A DNA stretch of 64,000 nt, from positions 496,001-560,000 of the forward strand of contig NIVC01000108.1 in the NCBI GenBank assembly GCA_002269645.1, written 5' to 3'. The notes below the pieces were generated by a model. It was not told the DNA's origin and made no database searches. It saw only the letters and a program-made list of their open reading frames with translations. Made by a program: the position numbers and the translations under genes. Positions 1-10,546 of the stretch are shown piece after piece (positions within the stretch are counted from its first letter, which is position 1; the number at the start of each line of letters is the position of its first letter). The stretch is from Macrostomum lignano (taxonomy: Eukaryota).

Positions 1-935
1 AGGAGCTGGAGAAGTCGGGGATAATTGAGCAGGTCGCATTTTCTCAGTAGGCCTCACCGATTGTTATCGCACATAAGCCGTAAGCCTTCTCAATATATAT
101 ATATATATATTGGCCATAGACTAAACTTCAATTTCTTGATCTGACGCTACAAGCTATAAATAATGAATAGTGAATTAATAATGAATTAAAAAATGGGTAA
201 AAATATCCACAATATCCACAAATCCGTTATTTACAAATCTGTTATCTGTAATTGTATTTATCAATGCTCCCTTGAAGGTCTGTGGGTAAAACTGCGTATA
301 ATGAGAATGTGCCAAGCAGCATCATGTGTATTTATCTATTTTAACTTTAAGCTAGGGAATGATTTCAATCTACAAACTCAAAGCAGCTCGGTAAAACAAT
401 TAAATATTTATTCTTTATTCTTGACTGACTAAGAGCTTTCGACTGATTTTCTAACGAAAAAAATGGTACGACAGCTATCGCGTGAGATGAAGAAGAGTCG
501 GGATGAGAAAAAGCGACGTCAAGAAGAAAGTGCTGAATGTAGGAGAGAGAGACTGAGTAATTTGCGCAAAGCAGTGAAAAGGAATCGCGATGGAGAGTCA
601 GCGGCCGACCGGGAGGCCCGCCTTCGTGACAAAAGGCAGCGGACTGCTGACCGTCGGGCCACTGAGTCAGCGGCCGTCCGGGAGGCCCGTCTACGCGACG
701 ACAGAGGAAGGCTGACCACCGGGCTACTGAGTCCACGACCGAACGGAAGGCCAGCCTAAGCGTCAAGAGGCAGCGTGAAATACACCGGGCTGAAAATTCT
801 GCAATGCTAGTATCGTAAGTACGGCGCGTTGGCCAATATCCGCGTTATTCTACGTTTTACCTCCTCTATTTTGGAATAAGTGTCGCCTTAAAAATGATAT
901 CTTCTAAGTTAGTTTCCACACTTCTTCTTCACCAG

Positions 936-1467
936 AGTGGTGCATTTTAGCTCTACCCAGCTGACTCAAGTCCCTGGTGACAGCAACTGTTTCTTCCATG
1001 CTGTCGCTGACCAGTTACGCAACACGCCGATGGGCCCAATGGCACGAAACCAGCGCATGGTCCGGAACCTTTTTGGCTGACGTAGCGAGCCACATATTGC
1101 CCTACCAAGTGCAGGAGCTGCAGGCCAGTGGTCTGACTGTCCAACGGGTTGTTGAGGAAACCAAGGAGGACGGAGTGGATGTACACGACTTTGTGGTGCC
1201 TCTGCTGAACAGGGCCTACGATGTAGACTTCGTCATCTACCAGCGCGCTGAGCAGGATAGGAGCCAGCTGATCGTCGTGCAGAGCGGGCTGGCCCCAACG
1301 CAGCCTCCTTTGACCACTGTGCAACTGCTGTTCGACCCAGATGCAGAGCACTACCAATCTCTGCGATTCAACCAGTCCGACAACCCAACTGCACCAGCGT
1401 GTGGCCCAACCGAGGAGCCATCCATGCCATCAGCATCAAGCCCGGTGGAGGAGCCGGCTGCCCACAT
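936..1467 (+). pseudogene. OTU-family cysteine protease (deubiquitinase-like) exon of the Helitron
   Basis: PGDSNCFFHAVADQL (about 973-1017) and the HYQSL His motif in ORF 977..1471; one frameshift lies between them. Confidence 0.8.
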
Positions 1468-2208
1468 GTAAGCTGATAAAGTAATGTTCCCACTTTCCCA
1501 CTTTCTTTAAAGTAAAATAAGTAAAGAAAGTAAACGTTAAAACTCAGAAAAACTTCAGTTTAAACTGCACCTTTCCAATTCCATCATACATTTATCCTCT
1601 GTCCACGCAGTGGTGACGACATGGACGGGCAGGACTTCCTGCCGACGGCTCAGATGGGCCACAGCACCCTGGGCCGCATGAGCATCCCGTGCAGAAACTG
1701 CGGTGCCCTGCGATGGAAGTCGGAATCCCCGAACATGTGCTGCGCTGGGGGAAAGGTCAGGCTGCTTGAACGCTCCGTGCCTCAGCTTCTGACAGACCTG
1801 TACACCAGGCGGCACCCTTTGAGCTCGGAATTTCTGAGCAAGATCCGCAGCTACAACTCCGTGTTCCACATGACATCCTTTGTAGCGAAGCTGCGGCAGC
1901 AGAGAGGATGGTGCCCCAGCTTTATCATCAATGGCCAAGTCCATCATTTTCGGGGTCCGCTGCTGGCTGATTCGTCGGAAGCACCACGAGGTTGGCAGGT
2001 GTATTTCTCCGACCAAGAGCTGACTAACCGTCTTCGGTTGGATCGAGACCTGAATATGGAGCTGCTGCGGTTGCTGCAGGACCTGCTGCACGAGAGAAAC
2101 ACCTATGTTTGGAGTCTCCGAGCGGCTGTCGAGCGGATTCAGTGCGACCCTGAGCTAGGAGACGCCCGCCTCGTGATCCGACCGGACAGGCGGCCATCCG
2201 GCGAGCAT

Positions 2209-2365
2209 TGTTGTGGGTTGATGGCTTTGCCATAGACATTTTTGTTACGCGACTGCGTTGATGAATTGAACCATGCTATTGAGTTATGAAATAAATAATA
2301 GACGCGTCAGAGGTCAGCAGACCGCTAGACTGACAATTGCTAAAGGCTAAAGCCAAAGCACAACA
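2209..2365 (+). repeat. 5' LTR of Gypsy element 1
   Basis: Direct repeat of 6390-6546, 155/157 identical. Confidence 0.97.
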
Positions 2366-2393
2366 GTGGCGTCGGCAAGCATAGGCTACGAAA

Positions 2394-3248
2394 ATGCCTG
2401 GAAGTACGCCAGCATCGCCAACTAAAGGAGTTGGTAAAACGGTTTCGAGCGACAAAGCACCACCGCTTGCGATCTCGTCGAAATCAGTCCAAGCGACAAA
2501 GTCGGCAACAGCGACAGCGCAGAACCCAAGCGCACAAGTATCGAGAGGACAGCAAGTTGACATCGAAAAACTCGATGAAAGTTCGAACTTCCAGAGGTGG
2601 TTGGACCGATTCACACTGTGCAGCGAACTCAACGGCTGGCAGAACGACACGAAAAACAAGCTGCTGCTGATGAAGCTCAGCACCAAGCTGTACGACGCAT
2701 TGGCAGATCGAGCCGCTCCCAAGAAGCCGGGAGAAAAGAGCGTCGATGAACTGACCAAACTACTGGCCAGCATCCTGGAACCAAAGACGTTCGTCATGGC
2801 TGAGAGATTCAATTTCCAGCATATCACTCGCACGACATCAATGAGCATTCGTGAGTATGCACAGCAACTCTGCATGCAGGCAGACAAGTGTCAGTTTGGC
2901 CTATCCAGAGATGAGAGACTGAGAGATCAGCTCGTATTCGATTTGAATGACAAGGTGGCCATCAGCAAGTTATTGGAACAGGACTTCAGCACTCTCACGT
3001 TTGAGACAGCTATCAACATCGCTGAGGCGCACCAGAACCTATCACAAACGCAAATACTAAAGGGTTGCACCAGTCAGCCGCAGTCTTCTGAAGTAATGAA
3101 AATTTCAGCATCGGTGGCCAGAGGCTCCCACTCTACAAGCTCCAAGTGTGGCAGATGTGGCACAATGCATGGCTCCAATGGAGGGTGTCCTGCGAAAGGA
3201 AAAACGTGCAACAAATGTGGCATGCAAAACCACTTCGCAACAGTTTGA
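2394..3248 (+). CDS. Gag of Gypsy element 1
   Basis: ERFNFQHITR, LRDQLVFDLND, and zinc knuckles CGRCGTMH..C and CNKCGMQNHFATV*. The final Cys codon is lost to a 1-bp deletion. Confidence 0.85.
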   Translation: MPGSTPASPTKGVGKTVSSDKAPPLAISSKSVQATKSATATAQNPSAQVSRGQQVDIEKLDESSNFQRWLDRFTLCSELNGWQNDTKNKLLLMKLSTKLYDALADRAAPKKPGEKSVDELTKLLASILEPKTFVMAERFNFQHITRTTSMSIREYAQQLCMQADKCQFGLSRDERLRDQLVFDLNDKVAISKLLEQDFSTLTFETAINIAEAHQNLSQTQILKGCTSQPQSSEVMKISASVARGSHSTSSKCGRCGTMHGSNGGCPAKGKTCNKCGMQNHFATV

Positions 3249-3614
3249 AAACAAAATCAACTGGTTTTGGCAAACGCCGAAAATCGTTCAAAAGCCCGTC
3301 AGCATCTGGTCAATTTAGGCGAGCTGCAGTGTGCCCAAGGACCACAAGCTTTGTAGATGCAAGCGAAGCTGAACAGGAGGATTGTTTTCACATTCGATAT
3401 CCCGTTGATAGTTACACCGTGCCTGTTAGGCTCAGACACACGAGCGGGTCGATGCTTAGCGTGAACGCACAAATCGATACTGGGGCAGGAGTTTCGGTAA
3501 TGTCAAAAACGATCTGGAAACGATTGGGTTGTCCAAAGCTGACACCTACAGACACTGTTCTGACAACAAACGCTGATACGCAGATGAAGGTCTTTAGAAC
3601 ACACGACACTGAAG
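3246..3614 (+). CDS. Aspartic protease segment of Gypsy element 1 (out of frame with both gag and pol)
   Basis: QIDTGAGVSVM retropepsin motif in ORF 3146..3628. Confidence 0.85.
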
Positions 3615-6353
3615 TTGGAGTACAATGACGAGTTCATTCCAATCACATTCTTCATTGTGGAATCGCAGAGGAACTTTGTTCTGGTTGGCCGAGACAAGCT
3701 CAATTTCACGCTAAACGCTGTAGACAACAGCTGCACATCGGCAACCCAGTCATGCGAATTTCCACCAGTAACTCTTAAGATCAAGGAAGGAACCACTCCA
3801 ATTCGTTGCAAACCCAGGCCGCTACCCTTCGCACTCAGACAGGGAGTCAAGGATGAAATCAATCGGTTGCTTGAGGAAGACACCATCAAGCCCGTCAAGT
3901 TCAGTGAATGGGCCTCACCAATTGTCGTGTTCAAGAAACCTTCTGGAAAGCTCAGACTTTGCATCGACTACAAGGTGACAATCAATTCTCATCTTATCAA
4001 CGATTCATATCCGATGCCTGCACCTGACGAAGTGATTGCAACTGCTGCTGGCATCCGGATATACACTCGTCTGGACCTAGAGAAAGCTTATCACCAGATC
4101 CCACTAGATGAAGCTTCCAAAGAGCTGACAGTAATGTTAACACCATTTGGGATGTTCGCTTTCAACAAGCTTCCGTTCGGAGTGAAAACAGCACCTGCGA
4201 TCTTCCAGCGGTACATTAGCCAAGTCCTACAAGGAATTCCTGGCGTCATTGCCTACGTAGACGACATATTGATATGCAGCAAAGGCGTAGAACAATTGGC
4301 AGTTCGTGAGACGGAAGTATTGCATCGACTAAACCAGCAAGGATTGAAGATCAACACGGCGAAAAGTGAATTCCGCAAGACTTCGATCAAGTTTCTAGGC
4401 TACTTATTGGAAGGAGATCAGCTCAAGCCGGACCCAGCCAAAGTGAAGGCAATCCAGGACATGACACCACCGCAGAACGTTGGCGAGCTTAAATCCTTCC
4501 TGGGTCTCGTAAATTTTAGTGGCAAGTTCATCAGAAACCTAGCTGCACTGACCAAGCCTCTCAATCGACTAAGAAAGAAAAATGAGGACTTCGTGTGGAC
4601 AAAGGAGTGTCAAATAGCATTTGACGAAATCAAGGTCACTCTCTCTGATCAATCGAGTCTTCAAATATTTGATCCGAAGAAGCCCATTGAACTGGAATGC
4701 GACAGTTCTCAGCGAGCTCTGGGCGGAGTGTTGACACAAAGCGGTCAAGTCGTGCTGTACATGAGCAAGACTCTGTCTGACGCCGAAACAAAATATTCGC
4801 AAATAGAGCGTGAAGGCCTGGCACTGGTTTGGTGCATTCAAAGATGCCATCGGTTCTTGTATGGCCGGAGATTCACACTGATAACTGATCACCGGCCCCT
4901 CACATACATATTCGCGCCAGACAAACAGCTGCCCACCAGAGTTTCAGCTCGACTACAACGATGGGCAATCATGCTAGCTGCTTATGACTATGTCATACAG
5001 TATCGACCATCAAAGCTAATGCTGTCGGATGCGCTATCTCGACTGGTGCCCGCTAAGCCGAATGCACAGACAGCATCGATCGGACTCCTCGAAGCTGACA
5101 ACCCGGGAGTAATTCAGCTGGATCGCATTGCACACGCAACCAGAGAGGACCCGGAGTTCAGATGCCTGGGCGCAGCCATAATTAACAATAATCTATTTGA
5201 CGACCCATACCTACTCAGCTACCCAAAGGTTCAAGATGAGCTAACTGTCAATGATGGAATTATTTACAGAATGAACAGAATTGTATTGCCTCGTGTCCTG
5301 AGAGAAACTGCCCTGGCAGCTGTACACTCAACGCACCTTGGGGTGGAAAAGTCAAAGTCGATTTTGAGGGAACAGTTCTGGTGGCCACAGATGGACCGTG
5401 ACATCGCTGACTACATTGGACGATGCAACGTGTGCAACGCGTACAAGTCCAGAAATAAGAACTTTCGGCACTCGTGGCCAGAACCTGACAACCCCTGGGA
5501 GCGAGTGCACATTGATTTTGCCGGTCCGATAGAGGGCAAGTACCTACTCATCATTGTGGATGCGCACTCGAGCTACCCGGAAGTCTTCATCACGAGCGAC
5601 ATGAAGGCCGACACAGTCATTTCCAGACTTAGAAGATTGTTCTCACAACAGGGGGTGCCCAAGTGTCTCGTGTCAGACAACGGCCCTAGTTTTGTGAGCG
5701 AAGCGGTGACCGGCTGGCTCACCCAGATTGGCTGTTCGCACATCACAACGCCCGCCTACCATCCACAGAGCAACGGCATTGCAGAGCGAATGGTGCGAAC
5801 CGTCAAAGAGACAATCAAGACCAATGGTTTATCCCAAAGAAGTATTGACAGATTTCTACTGTTCTATAGAGCTGCCAAAGGGAAGCAGCAAGCATCACCG
5901 TCCGAGTTGTTGAACGGCAGACAAATAAGACTTCCCATCTCGGAGAGCAGCACTCAGTCCAAGTGGATCCCAGGAGAATCACTCATCTACCGTGCATCGA
6001 GTTCTCATGAGCCACGAACTGTGAGATTCGCCAAAATGCTTAGCAGCAACACAGCAGTCGTCACCACAGAGACTGGACGAAATCTAAAGACCCACGTCGA
6101 TCAACTACGAATCGGTGAGGTACCTGAGGCTCACGGAACTACGGAAATGGGGGATTCCAAGCCCGGTGGCAACGGTCCAAGTGACGACGGCCAACAGACG
6201 CGTCCGTCATCGACAGACACTGAGATACTACCGGGAACAGAACAAGCTGAGAGAGCACAACAGCAACAGACTGAGGCCGGAGTTCAATCCAAGCCGTCAC
6301 CCAGGCGAAGCGAACGCTTGGCCAAGAAAACTAGAATTTTTTATCACACCTGA
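3615..6353 (+). CDS. Pol (RT - RNase H - integrase) of Gypsy element 1
   Basis: WASPIVV, LCIDYK, LPFG, YVDDILI (RT); CDSSQRALGGVL and TDHRPL (RNase H); HSTHLG..CNVC, HIDFAGP, SDNGPSF, SNGIAER (integrase). Confidence 0.97.
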   Translation: MEYNDEFIPITFFIVESQRNFVLVGRDKLNFTLNAVDNSCTSATQSCEFPPVTLKIKEGTTPIRCKPRPLPFALRQGVKDEINRLLEEDTIKPVKFSEWASPIVVFKKPSGKLRLCIDYKVTINSHLINDSYPMPAPDEVIATAAGIRIYTRLDLEKAYHQIPLDEASKELTVMLTPFGMFAFNKLPFGVKTAPAIFQRYISQVLQGIPGVIAYVDDILICSKGVEQLAVRETEVLHRLNQQGLKINTAKSEFRKTSIKFLGYLLEGDQLKPDPAKVKAIQDMTPPQNVGELKSFLGLVNFSGKFIRNLAALTKPLNRLRKKNEDFVWTKECQIAFDEIKVTLSDQSSLQIFDPKKPIELECDSSQRALGGVLTQSGQVVLYMSKTLSDAETKYSQIEREGLALVWCIQRCHRFLYGRRFTLITDHRPLTYIFAPDKQLPTRVSARLQRWAIMLAAYDYVIQYRPSKLMLSDALSRLVPAKPNAQTASIGLLEADNPGVIQLDRIAHATREDPEFRCLGAAIINNNLFDDPYLLSYPKVQDELTVNDGIIYRMNRIVLPRVLRETALAAVHSTHLGVEKSKSILREQFWWPQMDRDIADYIGRCNVCNAYKSRNKNFRHSWPEPDNPWERVHIDFAGPIEGKYLLIIVDAHSSYPEVFITSDMKADTVISRLRRLFSQQGVPKCLVSDNGPSFVSEAVTGWLTQIGCSHITTPAYHPQSNGIAERMVRTVKETIKTNGLSQRSIDRFLLFYRAAKGKQQASPSELLNGRQIRLPISESSTQSKWIPGESLIYRASSSHEPRTVRFAKMLSSNTAVVTTETGRNLKTHVDQLRIGEVPEAHGTTEMGDSKPGGNGPSDDGQQTRPSSTDTEILPGTEQAERAQQQQTEAGVQSKPSPRRSERLAKKTRIFYHT

Positions 6354-6389
6354 GTGATAATTGTACACCTACCTATGGAAGAGGGAGGG

Positions 6390-6546
6390 TGTTGTGGGTT
6401 GATGGCTTTGCCATAGACATTTTTGTTACGCGACTGCGTTGATGAATTGAACCATGCTATTGAGTTATGAAATAAATAATAGATGCGTCAGAGGTCAGCT
6501 GACCGCTAGACTGACAATTGCTAAAGGCTAAAGCCAAAGCACAACA
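6390..6546 (+). repeat. 3' LTR of Gypsy element 1
   Basis: Direct repeat of 2209-2365, preceded by the PPT and followed by the TSD AGCAT. Confidence 0.97.
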
Positions 6547-7669
6547 AGCATGTTCGGTGAGTTTGAGAGCATTGATGAAATGAATGTCCCTTTGTACGGG
6601 ATATGCAACAATTTTTTTAACCTTTATACCTCTCGATATGTGGACGGATAAATTCGCGTAGGGTTGCTATTCAATCCGTTGTATTATAGTCATAAAATAA
6701 TTTCTCCTCCGCCTCCTCCTCCGAGCCTCTGTCATCCGCGGCGCATCCGGCCACAGCGATGAGACAATGGACTATGTCTATGGTTTGGTCTCCGACCATT
6801 GAGTTTCTCAATCTTTAAAAGAGTAGCAGCCTATAACTAAAATACATTATCTACATACAGACATGTACACAATATATACAACATACATACAACACAGACA
6901 CTTAAGTAATCAGTACAATCTTTTGTAGTAACCTACCCGCCATCATTATCTATATACTAAGAACTAATAGTATTCTATCGCCCCTTCCCCCACTCACAAA
7001 TTCAACGACGGCCATATCAACGTAATATTAATAAACGCTATAAAAATGCTACAAATAGCATTTCGCCTCCATCGTTCTTTCCCGTACTAATACAAAACGC
7101 CATATCATAAAATCAGCGTTTATACAAACTTTCCTATATATTATTTTTTACTCATTACACCTGGCCTGCAGCAAGCGGCCAGAGTTCCAGCCATCGGCAC
7201 AGTCGTAGCTTTCTGTGTGCAGTGCGCAATGCGTCTGAGGGCTGTGTATAGATGAACAGTCTTTCATTGACTGAGGGAGCCGCCACACCCACTTAGAGCT
7301 AGTTGATCGGTATGGTATGTTAACATCTTGTATTAGACAGATTAGAGGTATAGTACAATTGAACGAGAAATTCGGAACCTGTTAAGGGCCATTGCAAAAC
7401 TCAATTGGACCTTTTGGTTTAGGCTTTTTGCTTCCAATTTACTGTAACTATACAGTACTCCGCGAGGTATTCCACTGGATGGGAGATGGGTAGATGGGAT
7501 ACCCGGAGGGTGGGGATACCGCCTAGAAATACTGCTTAAAGTCGTAGAATAGCAAAATAAAAAGGGATTCACCGATATGTGGCTTGTTAGCCGGAGATTC
7601 GAATCAGATATAGTTTATTTAAAATTCGGTGGAATTTCAGTCCATCGAATTTTAGATGGAAGTCCTAGT

Positions 7670-8257
7670 ACAGTCCTACAAGAGTCCTACAACGGTCCTA
7701 CAACAGTCCTATTCAACAGTTCTACAACGGTCCTACAACAGTCCCACAACAGTCCTATTCAACAGTTCTACAACAGTTATACAACAGTCCTATTCAACAG
7801 TCCTACAACAGTCCTACAACAGTCCTATTCAACAGTCCTACAACATTCAAACAACAGTCCTACAACAGCCCTACAACAGCCCTACAACAGTCCTACAACA
7901 GTCCTACAACAGCCCTACAACAGTCCTACAACAGTCCTATTCAACAGTTCTACAACAGTCCTACAACAGTCCTACAACAGTTCAACAACATTCCTACAAC
8001 AGTCCTACAACAGTCCTACAACAGTCCTACAACAGTCCTACAACAGTCCTACAACAGTCCTACAACAGTCCTACAACAGTTCAACAACATTCCTACAACA
8101 GTCCTACAACAGTCCTACAACAGTCCTACAACAGTCCTACAACAGTCCTACAACAGTCCTACAACAGTCCTACAACAGTCCTACAACAGTTCAACAACAT
8201 TCCTACAACAGTCCTACAACAGTCCTACAACAGTCCTACAACAGTCCTATTCAACAG
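7670..8257. repeat. Minisatellite, 11-bp unit ACAACAGTCCT
   Basis: Tandem array of about 50 units with variants. Confidence 0.95.
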
Positions 8258-9964
8258 TTCAGCCGTCCTTTCTGTGGAAAAATCATCGTCTTGACAACTG
8301 AAAACTTGAAGTGCCATATTACCGCCTGCCACCCTGTGTTTCTCAACCAGATACAGGAGCCCATGGAGTAACGCCATCTTTTCGGCCAAAGTACGAAATT
8401 GTGGAGCTGTGTGTGCTATACACACACACACTCACGTTTAGTATAATGGATTCAAGACAGCATCGCAGTTGCAGTGGCTGGGTCTGGGGCAACTTTTTTC
8501 TCTTTCGGAAGGTTATTCAGCAAGGCTTCAAAGTCGCCAGCGGTTGGCCCATAGACATTTAAATTATCTGACTCTGCTAACCCTTGCGCCAATCGCCGCA
8601 TAGGCTCCCAAAAGTGTGTAAAGCGAAATTGATTATGGTGTGTATGTTCGTTCCATATATATTGAGGAAATTACCAAAGACTTCGGATATTAATTTAGTC
8701 AAATACATTCAGAGAATTGAATTCTTCGCACGCTGTTCCAGTTGGGTTCAGTTCCAGAAAGTTGTATACCATTCCATTTCAATTGACTGTATGCACGCTG
8801 TGGAAGATAAAGTTTGGGAATCCTGTTTGTCGCAGTTTATCGCGCTACTTTCTGCATCTCAGTCTGAGGCTTCTGGCAATTAAAAAATCCCATAATGCCC
8901 TGAGAAGGGACCTCAACATTGAGGTCTCGACTGCGTGAGAAGAGTATTGGCTGTCATAATTTACTTTGTTTTATAAGATCCTTGATCGTTATCCCAGGGA
9001 CTGGACGGATTACGATATTGTTAGAGCAATGGCGGTGGCAATTTAGGAAACTACTCATCCATTCTGGGTAATTTGAGTTGGCCGGAATTTTCCCTTGAAC
9101 TTGACATCTAATTCCATCTAGCTCTGGAATTCGAGTTGGAACTGGAGCCGGAACTGGCTGTGGAACTGGAGCTAGATCTGGATCTGGCTTGTCTTCCGAC
9201 ACTTTAAGTGGCCCCGGCCTTCGGAATTCGTCCCATGTCGCAGGATGGGCAGGTATGACAATAATTTCCTATATTGAACCCTGAAAAACAGGCAAATACG
9301 CCACCGCATACCAACACATTAAACGTACATGGGACGCACCTCGAAAACCCTGACCTTCATTTTCTGTCACTCCATTGTGGCTATGGCGATAACGGAGGAA
9401 ACGCATATCAATGTTGGCCTCTCGGCATATGTGTGCGACACGTTTAAAAGCAAACCGTTTGACCAATTTTCTCCATTTTTTGACCAACTTGTAGGAAATT
9501 TAACAGAGATGGTATGATTAGTTTTTGGTATGTTTTGATCAATGTTAAGTACCTGTAAAAGGTGAAAAACAGGTGTTTTCCTTATCTAATCCGATGTATT
9601 TTCTGCTAAGTTAGAAAGTTATATAGTCTATGGCTGATGCATGCTGTTTATAACGAAAATCTGGGTGTATGCAAATTTCGCCTAAAATTCTTAAGATTAG
9701 AGGAGAAAGTATGATGTATTTTTAACTGGAAAAGAGCTTTCTTTAAACAGGTATTTCTTTATCTAATCTATTCTTGATAGTCTACGGCTGATGCTGCTTT
9801 TTAAAGAATTTTATATACATAGGATCCTATTCTAGAGTTCCTTTTTACGTACTACTACCCTTAATCTCATCATTAGTTCCCATCAATAATAGTTGCAAAC
9901 ACATTGCGAGCGAGAGGCGCAATGTTAACTGACTATCGACAACGGAAACGACACTGCCGACAAC

Positions 9965-10195
9965 ATGAAGACGTGCATCGTGGCGGCTATCGTAGCCATA
10001 GCTCTAATAAGTCATGCGGCTGGCTGCAATAAAGTCAAGAATGCTATCAGTAATGCTATCAATAAAAATGCAGTAAAAAAGTGGGTGGAAAACTTACACC
10101 GGGAGGGGCACAGGCCTTCTCCAGAGGATATGGCTGATCGAAGAAGCCATGGAATGGATTATGCTAACGCTGTAAAAGCCTTGGCTAAAAAGTAA
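9965..10195 (+). CDS. Putative small secreted peptide (76 aa), intronless
   Basis: caacATG start; signal-peptide-like [20 protein letters not shown]; basic, amphipathic mature part; AATAAA at 10386-10391. No homolog recognised. Confidence 0.6.
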   Translation: MKTCIVAAIVAIALISHAAGCNKVKNAISNAINKNAVKKWVENLHREGHRPSPEDMADRRSHGMDYANAVKALAKK

Positions 10196-10546
10196 AGTCG
10201 AAAGTGTGGCTTTGAAGCCATGGCTTGCTTGCTACAACAGGACGGGAAAGATAGTTGTTGCTATGGATTTAAATGCAACCCGGTTTTCGACCCGGAAGAA
10301 AACAGCCGACGGTGCGAGCCAGAACTCTAAAACTGCAAGCCGCATAATTGTGCAAGATTCCCATTTGACTCACTGACTTACTAATAATAAAAACTAAACG
10401 CGCCTGATCGCTTTGTGCCATAAACTATTTTCCGATTTTCGAAAAACTTTAATACTGCAACAACATGAGCTCCACCTGATTGTTCTGACTATGGATTTTC
10501 AGGCAGGAATGAGCTGAATCCTCGGGCTGCGAACAGCGGGCACGGA

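Larger units (their letters stand above)
2209..6546 (+). mobile_element. Ty3/Gypsy LTR retrotransposon (Mag-like), full length, with two frameshifts
   Basis: 157-bp LTRs at 2209-2365 and 6390-6546 (TG..CA, 2 mismatches). AGCAT TSD at 2204-2208 and 6547-6551. PBS-like TGGCGTCGGC at 2367. PPT GGAAGAGGGAGGG at 6377-6389. gag, protease, RT, RNase H and integrase follow in Gypsy order. Confidence 0.97.
463..6556 (+). pseudogene. Helitron RepHel 5' part (STPR repeats - OTU protease - zinc finger - Rep N-terminal region), spliced, frameshifted and interrupted by a Gypsy element
   Basis: Exon 463-814 has 23-aa repeats (ESAECRRERL.., ESAADREARL.., ESAAVREARL..). Intron 815-935. Exon 936-1467 has VPGDSNCFFHAVADQL and EHYQSL (OTU Cys/His motifs) with a +1 shift in the T-run near 1070. 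Intron 1468-1610. Exon 1611-2208 has CRNCGALRWKSE..CCAGGKV and FLSKIRSYNSVFHMTSF, typical of Helitron Rep N-termini. It resumes after the LTR element as cat gtt cg|gtgagt at 6549-6562. Confidence 0.88.

Noticed and set aside
2366-2385. Assigning the primer tRNA of Gypsy element 1
   Set aside because: TGGCGTCGGCAAGC only partly resembles the tRNA-Ser-type PBS TGGCGTAGTCGGCAGG; it cannot be assigned without the species tRNA set.
7577-8371. Long ORFs over tandem repeats (also 22026-23226, 37035-37856, 39800-42328, 55632-56597, 61108-61619, 62618-63119)
   Set aside because: They are translations of minisatellites that lack stop codons, and many lie inside introns defined by splice sites.
8954-9517. 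Short ORFs inside the 8549-9633 motif-bounded segment
   Set aside because: No recognisable domain, and only a short PAPVP-type low-complexity stretch; not supportable as genes.
10258-10271. GTTGCTATGGATTT as an X-box
   Set aside because: It is a half-site only (lacks AAC) and lies 3' of the peptide gene.
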